This document shows positions 8,922 through 18,300 of a DNA stretch of 32,386 bases, one piece after another (position 1 is the stretch's first letter; every line of letters begins with the position of its first letter). Source of the stretch: Candidatus Woesearchaeota archaeon (lineage in GTDB: Archaea; Nanobdellota; Nanobdellia; Woesearchaeales; GW2011-AR4); NCBI GenBank assembly GCA_016192955.1, contig JACPTD010000016.1, positions 1-32,386 of the forward strand, in the 5' to 3' direction. A program made the translations under genes and the position numbers. The notes beneath the pieces were generated by a model that was given only the letters and a program-made list of their open reading frames with translations, was not told where the DNA came from and searched no databases.

Positions 8922-10067
8922 ATGGAAATAGCAAGCAGCGTTATAGAGACAGGAGTTGACAAATTAGTTAGCATTGTCAAGCAAAGGGGAAGAATCGCTT
9001 TGCTGGATGCTGCAAAAGAGCTTGGGGTAAGCATTACCGTAATCCAGGAATGGGTTGAATTTCTTGAGGAGGAAGGAATAATAAGCGTTGAGTACAAATT
9101 AACAAAGCCCTATCTTGTTGACAGAAAGCTCACAAAAAAGGAAGTTGAGTCAAAGGCAAAGGAATTCGCAAGCAAAAAAGACGTTTTTGTAAGGAAAGCT
9201 GAGGTAAGCTTGAGCTTTCTTGAAAAGCATGCTGAGGAATTAAAAAAGGTTAAAATAGAGTTTGATAAGATGAAAGCTGAGCTTGGAATGGAGCTTGACA
9301 CAGTCAGATATGAACTCAAGGAGCTGGAAAAATACCAGCAGATGAGGCAGGATCTCCAGAAGCAGATTGAAGAGCAGAAATATGGCACAAAAGCAAAGAT
9401 TGAGGAGTTCGCAAGGCAGATACTTACAGAGCAGAGAAAATACCAAGAGCTTGTCGCTGACCTGAAGAGAGAAAGGGAAACCTTAAGCAAAGAGAAAGTA
9501 GAGGCAAATTCAATAGAAGAGAGCGAGAAGATACTCAACAAGAAGCTTGCAGAGCTTAAGAACATGATAGTCACCATAGAAAAAAGAGTATCTGATGAGG
9601 ATGATGCAATAAAAAATTCCGAATCGCACATAGAAAGGCTCAACCTGCTGATGGAAGACATAAAGCAGCATGTTGATCAGGAAAAGTCATCAATTGAGCC
9701 GCTTGTGCTGAAGAGCAAAGAGCTTAAGGACAAGATGATGGAGCTGCAAAAAAGCATAGTGAAAAAGCTCTCAGAAAAGCAGAAGAGCGCTGTCAATATC
9801 GATGGCATGACAAAGAAAGTGAATAATTTTTTTGAAAGGAAGCTGGCTGTTGTCAATCTTGTGGACAAGGTGAATAATGACAGTGATGAACTTGAAAAAA
9901 GCCTTATTGAGCTGATAAAAAAGGCCAAATCGTTCCAGCTAAGCGCCAAGGGAAAAGACATGGGCAGGGAAATGATTGAGCTTGAGAAGAAGTTTGAAGA
10001 TGTTGATAAAAAGAAAAGCGTGTTTGAGGAGGAGCTCAAGAAATTTAGTTCCTTTTTCAAAAAATAA
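8922..10067 (+). CDS. N-terminal winged-HTH plus long coiled-coil protein
   Basis: DKLVSIVKQRGRIALLDAAKELGVSITVIQEWVEFLEEEGII is wHTH-like; the remainder is E/K/L-rich heptad sequence with no TM segment. Confidence 0.75.
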   Translation: MEIASSVIETGVDKLVSIVKQRGRIALLDAAKELGVSITVIQEWVEFLEEEGIISVEYKLTKPYLVDRKLTKKEVESKAKEFASKKDVFVRKAEVSLSFLEKHAEELKKVKIEFDKMKAELGMELDTVRYELKELEKYQQMRQDLQKQIEEQKYGTKAKIEEFARQILTEQRKYQELVADLKRERETLSKEKVEANSIEESEKILNKKLAELKNMIVTIEKRVSDEDDAIKNSESHIERLNLLMEDIKQHVDQEKSSIEPLVLKSKELKDKMMELQKSIVKKLSEKQKSAVNIDGMTKKVNNFFERKLAVVNLVDKVNNDSDELEKSLIELIKKAKSFQLSAKGKDMGREMIELEKKFEDVDKKKSVFEEELKKFSSFFKK

Positions 10068-10093
10068 CTGGCATAAAAAAAGAGGTGTGATAT

Positions 10094-11926
10094 TTGGTTA
10101 AGTTCATACATACAAAAAAAGAGGAGAAAGCAGCTGATAAATCCAAAACAAGAGATTCAATACTGCGCAAAATAGAAGACAAATTTCTCCATGGGCATCC
10201 GGAAGCCAAGCCAAAGGACAAGAAAGTTGAAGAGCACAGGCGCAGCTTGTTCGGCGTATTCAAGGCTTTTCAGTCAAAAAAAGCCCAAGAAAAAGAAAAC
10301 ACTGAGGTAAAAGGCATAAGCGCCGTGCATCTGCCTGCAACTGAAAAAAGTGAGATAAAGGTCACTGGGCTGCCGCCAATTGTGCCAAAAGAGGAAACTA
10401 AAACCAAGGAAGAACCGAAACGCGGCGTATTGCCTGCTAAAAAAGAGGACGTAAAAATACTTGCAACATACAACTTTGTTTCTGACAACATACCAATAAC
10501 AATCAATATATACAAAAAAAAGGGCGAATTCGTGCCTATATATGATGTGTCGATATCAAGCATAAGCAAGACAACTGAGATAATCCTTGAGAAGATAAGG
10601 GAGGAATTGACAGCGCAGGTAAGCCTGGGCATGGTTGACATTCTGCAAACAAAAGACACAGGAGTCATAGAGCAAAGGTTCATGGATGCAATAACAAATC
10701 TTGTCAGCAAGCATTTTCCTGACGCTGATGAAAAGACAGAAAACTTTTTGAAATCCTACCTGATACAAAGAAGCCTTGGGCTTGGAAGCATTGAAATCCT
10801 GATGGACGACGTGAACCTTGAAGAGGTGGCAATAAATGACGCTGAAGATCCTGTATGGGTATATCATGTGAAGTTCGGCTGGCTGAAGACAACAATAATG
10901 CTTGCAAGCGAAGAGCAGACAAGGCACTATGCAACAATGATTGGCAGAAGGGTTGGGCGCCAATTGACAATTTTAGAGCCGTTAATGGACGCCCATCTTA
11001 AAGGCGGCGACAGGGTGAATGCAACTCTCGAGCCCATATCTGTAAAGGGCAACACAATAACATTGAGAAAATTCGCAGCCAAGCCATGGACTATAACAGA
11101 TTTCATACAGGACAGCACAATCTCGCCGGAAGCGGCTGCATTGATATGGCTCGGAGTGCAATACGAGCTTTCAACACTGATTTCAGGAGGAACCGCAACC
11201 GGAAAAACTTCTATGCTTAACGTGGTGGCGAATTTTTTTCCTCCAAACCAAAGGGTGATAAGCATAGAAGACACAAGGGAAATCCAGCTGCCAAAATTCC
11301 TGCACTGGGTTCCCATGGTCACAAGGCTTCCAAATCCTGAGGGCAAGGGCGAGGTTTCCATGCTCGACCTTCTTGTGAATTCATTAAGGATGAGGCCTGA
11401 CAGGATTATTGTCGGCGAGATAAGAAGGAAAAGGGAAGCTGAAGTGCTGTTTGAGGCCATCCACACGGGCCATTCTGTTTATGCAACAGTGCACGCAAAT
11501 GACGCGCATGAGACGATAACAAGGCTCACAAATCCTCCTATTGAGATTCCGAAATCCTTGCTGCCTGCCATATCCATGATAGTTGTCCAGTACAGGAACA
11601 GGCGAACAGGGGTAAGAAAAACGTTCCAGATAGCTGAAATACTCCCCGATGCAGAGCCCAATGTGCTTATACAGCTTGACATAAGAAAAAGCATCCTGAA
11701 AAAAGTCGCAAACTCAAAAGCCCTGCTGGGCACAATAGAGCTATTCACAGGATTCTCAAGAAACGAGCTGAGCAGGTCTTTAACAGAAAAAGAGGCTGTG
11801 TTGAAATGGCTTGTAAAAAATAAGATTAACACTGTTGACACTGTTGGAAGGGTAATGGCGGAGTATTACACAAACACTGACAATTTGATGGCTCATGTAA
11901 GAAAAAACAAGCTTCTTGGTGATTAA
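10094..11926 (+). CDS. pilB: Type IV pilus assembly ATPase (VirB11/TadA/CpaF family)
   Basis: Walker A GGTATGKTS, Asp box IEDTRE, LRMRPDRIIVGE Walker B, His box HTGH; RBS GAGGTG before the TTG start. Confidence 0.95.
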   Translation: MVKFIHTKKEEKAADKSKTRDSILRKIEDKFLHGHPEAKPKDKKVEEHRRSLFGVFKAFQSKKAQEKENTEVKGISAVHLPATEKSEIKVTGLPPIVPKEETKTKEEPKRGVLPAKKEDVKILATYNFVSDNIPITINIYKKKGEFVPIYDVSISSISKTTEIILEKIREELTAQVSLGMVDILQTKDTGVIEQRFMDAITNLVSKHFPDADEKTENFLKSYLIQRSLGLGSIEILMDDVNLEEVAINDAEDPVWVYHVKFGWLKTTIMLASEEQTRHYATMIGRRVGRQLTILEPLMDAHLKGGDRVNATLEPISVKGNTITLRKFAAKPWTITDFIQDSTISPEAAALIWLGVQYELSTLISGGTATGKTSMLNVVANFFPPNQRVISIEDTREIQLPKFLHWVPMVTRLPNPEGKGEVSMLDLLVNSLRMRPDRIIVGEIRRKREAEVLFEAIHTGHSVYATVHANDAHETITRLTNPPIEIPKSLLPAISMIVVQYRNRRTGVRKTFQIAEILPDAEPNVLIQLDIRKSILKKVANSKALLGTIELFTGFSRNELSRSLTEKEAVLKWLVKNKINTVDTVGRVMAEYYTNTDNLMAHVRKNKLLGD

Positions 11927-11946
11927 AATAAAGATTAGCGACTAAA

Positions 11947-12774
11947 ATGAAGGCAGGATTTTTAAGCACAATCTTCCAGAGAATTGCAAAAGCGTCCCCT
12001 GGGCTGAAATTAAAGCTGAAGCAGGCGGGAATGGACGACAAGCCTGAAGATTTCATAAAAAAAACATTCATTTCAGCCTTTTACATGACAACAGGCTTGT
12101 GTGTTTTTTTGTTTTTGGTTCTCGCAAAATTAAATGTTCTTAAGGGTGTGCTGTTTTTTATTGTGCCCGTAATATTTGCTGTAATGTTCTTTTACATGAT
12201 AAGGCTGCCTGATGTCAGGATATCAAGAAAGGAGAAAGAGATAAGCAGGGAAATTGTTTTTGCAGGCAGGTTCATTATAATAGAGCTTGAATCCGGAGTC
12301 CCTCTGTACAACGCCATGCTGAATGTCTCAAAAAATTATGATATCATAGGCAGGTATTTCAAGGAAATAACAGACAAGGTTGATTTGGGGACGAGCATGG
12401 AAGACGCATTGAATGAGGCAGTTGAGTTCATCCCTTCAAATGACTTCAGGAAGATTTTGTGGCAGATTATAAACTCGATGAGGACAGGCTCCAATGTGGC
12501 AAAATCGCTTTATTCTGTCATGGAGCAGGTAACAAAAGACCAGATTACTGAAGTCAACAAATACGGCAAAAAGCTCAACCCATTGGCAATGTTTTATATG
12601 ATAGTCGCTGTCATTTTGCCTTCTTTGGGGATGACAATGCTGATAATACTTTCATCATTCATAAAGTTTGAGATAAGCCTGACTGTACTGCTTGCTCTTG
12701 CAGGCTTCCTGGGATTTGTGCAGTTTATGTTTATTTCCATGGTAAAGTTCTCAAGGCCTGCAATTGAGTTTTAA
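11947..12774 (+). CDS. pilC: Type II secretion F / TadB-TadC-like pilus platform membrane protein
   Basis: Two TM pairs flank a T2SSF domain (ELESGVPLYNAM...DLGTSMEDAL...MRTGSNV); follows the ATPase. Confidence 0.9.
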   Translation: MKAGFLSTIFQRIAKASPGLKLKLKQAGMDDKPEDFIKKTFISAFYMTTGLCVFLFLVLAKLNVLKGVLFFIVPVIFAVMFFYMIRLPDVRISRKEKEISREIVFAGRFIIIELESGVPLYNAMLNVSKNYDIIGRYFKEITDKVDLGTSMEDALNEAVEFIPSNDFRKILWQIINSMRTGSNVAKSLYSVMEQVTKDQITEVNKYGKKLNPLAMFYMIVAVILPSLGMTMLIILSSFIKFEISLTVLLALAGFLGFVQFMFISMVKFSRPAIEF

Positions 12775-12811
12775 GCCTTTGCGAGAATGCTAAAATGCCA
12801 GTTTAAATGCA

Positions 12812-13915
12812 ATGTTCAGCATAAAAAACCTGTTCAAGAAAAAAAGCGGCGCAGCCCAGCCTGAGAGAAGAATTGATTTCTTCAAAAAAAAATACAAAAA
12901 AGCCCGGCAAAAAAAATTAACCGCACAGGAGAGAAAGCAAAGGCTGAAGGATTACCTTGAAAGGGCTGGCCTTCAGGTGAACACGCAGAAGCTTTTCAAA
13001 ATCTTTTTCAACACAGCTATTTTGATAAATCTAATAATATCAGGCTATCTTATTTATTATTTCTCTGCCACATACGGCATATCATGGGGGACTGTGGTTG
13101 CATCCATGCTTGTGCTCTGGGTTCTTGTCTTCATACTGCTGATATTTGCAATGTGGATTGCATTCTACATTGCTGTGGACCTAAAGATTTTCAAGAGAAA
13201 GGTTGACATTGAGGAGGTTTTGCCTGACTTCCTGCAGCTTACAGCCTCAAACATAAACGCAGGAATGACTATTGACAAGGCTTTGTGGTTTGCGGTAAGG
13301 CCCAGGTTTGGGGTCTTGGCAAAAGAGATAGAGGCAGTTGCAAAGGAAACAATGAGCGGAGTTGATCTAAAAACAGCCCTGGAGAAGTTTGCTGCCAGAT
13401 ACGACTCAGTTGTCTTAAAGAGATCTATAAGCATGATTAATGAGGGCGTGGAAGCTGGCGGCGAGATAGGGAATTTGCTGAACAGGATAGCTACAAACAT
13501 ACAGGAGCAAAAGGCAATGCTAAAGGAGATGTCTGCCAATGTGACAACTTATGTCATATTCATAACCTTTGCCTCTGTGGCTGCTGCGCCGTTTTTGTTT
13601 GCATTGTCGGGCGTTTTAATAGAGGTGGTGCAGAATCTCGGCTCTGCCCTGGGAAGCACGACAAATGTTGCTGCAACATCTGGAATCAGCCTGAGCTTTT
13701 CAGGAACAGGAGTGACACAATCCGATTTCAGGATCTTCGCAATTGTGTCCTTGGTAATAACCTCGCTGTTCTCGGCAATGATGATCTCAACCATAAAAAA
13801 AGGGAACATAAAGTCAGGCGTGAAGTACATCCCCATTTTCATATTCATATCGCTGGCCCTCTATACAATTGCGCAGGGATTGGCAGGAAAACTGCTTGGA
13901 TTTTTTATATCGTGA
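12812..13915 (+). CDS. pilC: Second type II secretion F / TadC-like platform membrane protein
   Basis: EEVLPDFLQLTASNINAGMTIDKAL...GVEAGGEIGNLL T2SSF motif with multiple TM helices. Confidence 0.9.
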   Translation: MFSIKNLFKKKSGAAQPERRIDFFKKKYKKARQKKLTAQERKQRLKDYLERAGLQVNTQKLFKIFFNTAILINLIISGYLIYYFSATYGISWGTVVASMLVLWVLVFILLIFAMWIAFYIAVDLKIFKRKVDIEEVLPDFLQLTASNINAGMTIDKALWFAVRPRFGVLAKEIEAVAKETMSGVDLKTALEKFAARYDSVVLKRSISMINEGVEAGGEIGNLLNRIATNIQEQKAMLKEMSANVTTYVIFITFASVAAAPFLFALSGVLIEVVQNLGSALGSTTNVAATSGISLSFSGTGVTQSDFRIFAIVSLVITSLFSAMMISTIKKGNIKSGVKYIPIFIFISLALYTIAQGLAGKLLGFFIS

Positions 13916-13948
13916 ATATAACATAACCAGCGCAATTATCTATATGAA

Positions 13949-13960
13949 AAGATTTATATA
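13949..13960 (+). promoter_or_regulatory. BRE/TATA promoter of the major pilin pair
   Basis: AAGATTTATATA; the same AAGATTTAWATA motif occurs at 5623, 26356 and on the minus strand at 20628-20639. Confidence 0.6.
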
Positions 13961-14015
13961 TTAGTTATTCAATTTGTATTCAAAATAAAATTATTTTAAA
14001 AAGAAGGTGAAATTA

Positions 14016-14465
14016 ATGAAAATTACCACACAACATAAAAAAGCCCAAGCTGCAATGGAGTTCCTGATGACTTATGGCTGGGCCATACTTGTCGTGCTTG
14101 CTGCAATCGCTGCTCTTGCTTATTTTGGCGTTTTAAGCCCAGAGAAATTTTTGCCAGAGAAATGCATTTTGCAGCCTGGAATCGCTTGTGTCAGCCACAA
14201 GGTAGAGCCTTCAAAAGTCACGCTTGTCATATCAAACGGCATGGGAAGGACAATGATAATAAACAGCATAACTGTAGGGAGCTGCAGCGGCACATTCAAC
14301 CAGACATTGCTTAGCGGAACTGATTATACATTTGTAGTAGGGGGAGCATGCAACAACGGCATCTCAAAGGACAAATTCAAGGGGGATATAACCTTAGCTT
14401 ACACTGAAAAAGACACTAACCTTACCAAAACAGCATTTGGCAATCTTAACACAAAAATTGAGTGA
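14016..14465 (+). CDS. Archaeal type IV pilin 1
   Basis: KKA-QAAMEFLMTYGWAILVVL class III signal with Glu at +5; RBS GAAGGTGA upstream of ATG 14016. Confidence 0.9.
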   Translation: MKITTQHKKAQAAMEFLMTYGWAILVVLAAIAALAYFGVLSPEKFLPEKCILQPGIACVSHKVEPSKVTLVISNGMGRTMIINSITVGSCSGTFNQTLLSGTDYTFVVGGACNNGISKDKFKGDITLAYTEKDTNLTKTAFGNLNTKIE

Positions 14466-14492
14466 GCATTGGCAAAAAAGAAGGTGAAAATT

Positions 14493-14960
14493 ATGAGCAA
14501 AAAATCACAGGCAGCATTGGAATTCTTAATGACTTATGGCTGGGCCATACTTGTTGTTCTTGTTGCAGTAGGCGCCTTGGCTTATTTTGGGGTTTTAAGC
14601 CCTGACAAGTTTTTGCCTGCCAAATGCATTTTGCAGCCTGGAATTGCATGCTTAGACCACAAAGCAACTTTGACATCGCTTGTGGTTAGAGCCCAGAATT
14701 CTGGTGGGTATGACCTAACTGTTAATAATGTAAAGGCAACTGGTTGCACATGCCAGTCAAATCCTATAGCAGGAGATTGCACTTTACTATCAATTGGAAC
14801 AACGCTTGCAAACGGAGGAGCTGCAACATATACATTAACCTGTGCAAATTTAGGCTTATCAAAGTATAATGGGCAGTTTAACATCACTTACACCACATCA
14901 ATTGATTTAGGTGGAATTCAGCACACTAATGTAGGTCAGATAACAACAAGGATAGAATAA
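14493..14960 (+). CDS. Archaeal type IV pilin 2 (paralog of pilin 1)
   Basis: KKS-QAALEFLMTYGWAILVVL; the same RBS GAAGGTGA lies upstream of ATG 14493. Confidence 0.9.
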   Translation: MSKKSQAALEFLMTYGWAILVVLVAVGALAYFGVLSPDKFLPAKCILQPGIACLDHKATLTSLVVRAQNSGGYDLTVNNVKATGCTCQSNPIAGDCTLLSIGTTLANGGAATYTLTCANLGLSKYNGQFNITYTTSIDLGGIQHTNVGQITTRIE

Positions 14961-15367
14961 GCGATTGTTTCTTTTTTATTGTTTTATTATATTCCACCAA
15001 ATACACTCTAACTTTGTTCTGGCATACTCATTGAGTCTGTCCAATCTCCATATTCACTTACTGCGTCCATGACCATTATCATTCCAAAACGAACCTCCAC
15101 AATTCCTTTTTGATGCAAGGGTATTGTTGAATATCAAGCGAGCAAGCACTCCAGTTTTTTATTGGGGCTTAACCTGAGCCTTAGAATGATGTATTTCGGG
15201 GTAGCTAAACCCACAACAACAGAAAATAGCTCGCTGTGCCGATTGCTTCAAATTTGAAGTAACCTCTTGTAATTAACCACCCATGGGAGAATCTTTTAAA
15301 ACCCACTCTTGGCTTTTTCTCAAAAAGCACTTGTTAAAAATAAAAGAAATAAGTTAAAAACAAAGAT

Positions 15368-18300
15368 TTACTCTCCTTTCTTCTTCTGCCACATGAAGTA
15401 GCCTAGTCCAGCTGCAATAACTATAATAGCAACAACTATCCATGCAATCGCTGTGCTGCTTAGCTTTTTCTCCATGACCTCAGGTGGAACTGGCGGAACT
15501 TCTGGTGGCACTGCCTGTGGAACTTCTGGCGGCAGAACTTCTGTTGGCGGAACTTCCCCAGATGGCGCTACTAATACCGGAGCTGCTTCCCTGCTTCCTA
15601 TGGCAAATGTGCTAAATCCTGGAGTTGTTGCTTGGTACAATACGTTATTTGCATCATCGCCTGTCTTTGCTGTTAGAAGCGCATTCCACTTGCCTTCGCT
15701 GTACCTGTACAGCAAAACATCAGCTTCCGCAACCCCATTGCTTGTCAGCCATGATTTTGGCACTTTAAAGTTGACTGAAATCTTTGAGGTGTCTGAATCA
15801 GCGATATTTGATTTAGTCAATTGCAAGTACTGGTAGACTTTTGCTGCAGCTGGTGTTGATATCGGGTTTGCAGTCAAGCTTGCAACTTTTATCTCAGCAT
15901 TTGCAACAGTATTCTTAACATCAACTATGACACCTGTAACGGCTATTTTTTCATTATTAACTGTTATAACCCCGCTTGAGCCAGCTGCCAGACTGTCCCA
16001 TTTTCTTGATGTGCTTGCTGCTTCAGCGCTTGGCACAGCTGCTCCTCCACCTCCACTTGATGTTGATGCGGCGGCGGCTGCGTCTGCGGCGGCGGCTGCG
16101 TCTGTTGTGAAGCTAAATACTGTTGTGTTTGTCTTGCAGTTTTCATTAAAGTCACATACAGTTACATTAAAGTAATATGTTGTGGATGCTGATAAACTGC
16201 TTAAGGTTACAACTTGTGTTTCGTTAAAATCAGTTTCCATTGCTGAAGATGTCAAAGATGTGTTAGTAGTGCCAAAAGCTACTGTTGCATTGACAGTTTC
16301 ATTTGTGCCTGTGATTGTAACTGTTGCGCTTGTTGTGCTTGGTGAAGATGTAATTGCTCCATTATTTGGTGGAGTATTGTCAGTCACATTGAACTTAAAG
16401 AGATAAGTGTTAATGTTGTTATTTGCGTCTATTGTAAAGAAAGTAAAGTTATTCGGCGCTCGAGTGTCATTGTAATTTTTGAACCGTTCTGTACTGCCAA
16501 GGCACACATTTCCTGTTTTTACCATGGAGAAGTTGGCTGTTGTAACATTATGGGTGTATAGGCATGTAACTGTATCTTCTGAAACTGTTATATTTGGAAT
16601 AAACATGCCTACGCTATGATTCATTGAAGAGGGTGTTGTCACATTAATTGTAGGAAACCCACCATAACTCCTGAGCTGTTCCAGTATTAGTCGTTTTTGA
16701 TATGTTCACTGGCCATTCAACAACTCCAAAGTAGGAGTCATTGCTTGGCAGGAATTCCTCAAGCGAGTTATTGAAGCTTACAGACATGAGTACTGAATTT
16801 GTCCAGTTATTTCGAAGATGTGCTATTGCTGTTGACCTATTAACAAGGGGTGTAAAGTTTATCTTGTCCCAGTTGGCACTTGAACCGTTGAAATCTGTAA
16901 TTGAGACATTTGTTTTATTCGAATTTTGTATAGTGAATAAAATTTCATAAATGGTTTCAGATGATATGTTACGCTGACCGCTGCCGCTTTTTGCCGTAAA
17001 GACTCCTGAGTCTGCTTTTGCCCTTATAGTAACATTCATGATAGCAGGGCCATAAGGTCCTGCAGAATAATTTGAAGAGCTTTCACTCAGATTGCCAGGG
17101 TCTAACAATCCGGTACTCTTAAATGTTATAACACTGCTGTTCCTGACATTTCCCAATGTGTCATTTACCGATATCTTTATTGTGTGTGTTCCTGGCGTAA
17201 AGTTAACTAGTCTGCTTATGATTGAGGTGTTTTGTCCAGTGCCTCTTGTTAAGTTCGTAGTTTCGTTAATTGAATGGTTTAGCACTGTATTTATGCCATC
17301 CAAATAGTAAAATATTGAATCTACGTGGCTTTCACTGTCAAATGCTGATACGTTTACAGATGTCAAGTTATCAAAAATCGAGCCTTCTGTAGGTGTATGG
17401 AAAACTAAACTCGGAGCTTCATTGTCAACTGTAAACCCAAATACGGTTGTATTGGAATTGCCTGCTTTATCTGTTATTGTGATTGTTAATGTCCGGTTGC
17501 CTGATGTGGTTGGGCATGTTGATTCATTAAATGGGTAGATAGCAGTTGCATTTTTTGTGAGCACAGTTGCTGATGTGTTGCAACTTGAAACATAGGTAAG
17601 ATTTTCAATGCTTACAGCACCACCTGTTCCTGAGAAAGTGAGTCCCATTAACGAGGTTATAGGTGTGTTATTAACTGGGTTGTGCTTTTCAGAAATGTTC
17701 CTATTGTTTAATAAGTCAGTTATATTGTTTAGCACCAGCCCAGGGACACTTCCGCTTTGAACTGTAAATAGATGGGATGTCTGGTTAACATTGTTCCAAG
17801 TGTCAACCACTCTTACAGTTATATTGTGTGTGCCGTTGCCTAATGTGCATGCAGGATCATCTGCAATCTGGAATGAAGAGTTTCTGAATTTTTCTATAAA
17901 ATTAGTGCCAACTGTTCTGTCAAAAAATGCAGATTTCTGGCAGCTGCTTTCAACACCTACACCTGCTCCTACAGTACCGTCAACACTTACGTTTATGCTG
18001 GTCAATTGGTTTGGCTCATTTAAAAACCAGCTTATTATTGGCCTTGTGTCGGTGGTATTAAGCCCATTTACACTAATAGTGCCATTTATGGTTACAAGAG
18101 CAGGGGTTGTGTCATTAATCTGTATTGTTATGTTTCTAACAATAGCTGAATTATTAATATTGCCTAATGTGTCATTTACAAGAATCCTAAAGCTTACATT
18201 TTTTCCTTCAAACGCATCATTATGGCCTGTAGATGGCACGAAGCTAAAATTAGCAGTTGCATTTGTCCTTGTTCCAACATTGGTTAGATTAAATTGGTTG

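Noticed and set aside
10094-14960. Archaellum operon
   Set aside because: No ArlH, ArlF/G or archaellin-like sequences; the two separate platform genes and YGWAIL-type pilins indicate a pilus.
15020-15245. RNase P RNA-like fragments (GATGCAAG, TTAGAATGATG, AACAGAA; possible GAGTCTGT/ATAGCTC pairing)
   Set aside because: The universal GAGGAA CR-I motif is missing and no convincing P1-P5 fold could be built; kept only as an unexplained structured region.
14007-15300. Diversity-generating retroelement (template/variable repeat pair)
   Set aside because: There is no reverse transcriptase in the window, and differences between the repeated segments are not adenine-specific.
16640-16670. Programmed -1 frameshift at GGGTTTC (and TTTAAAT near 2478)
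   Set aside because: The heptamers are in the wrong phase and the required shift is +1.
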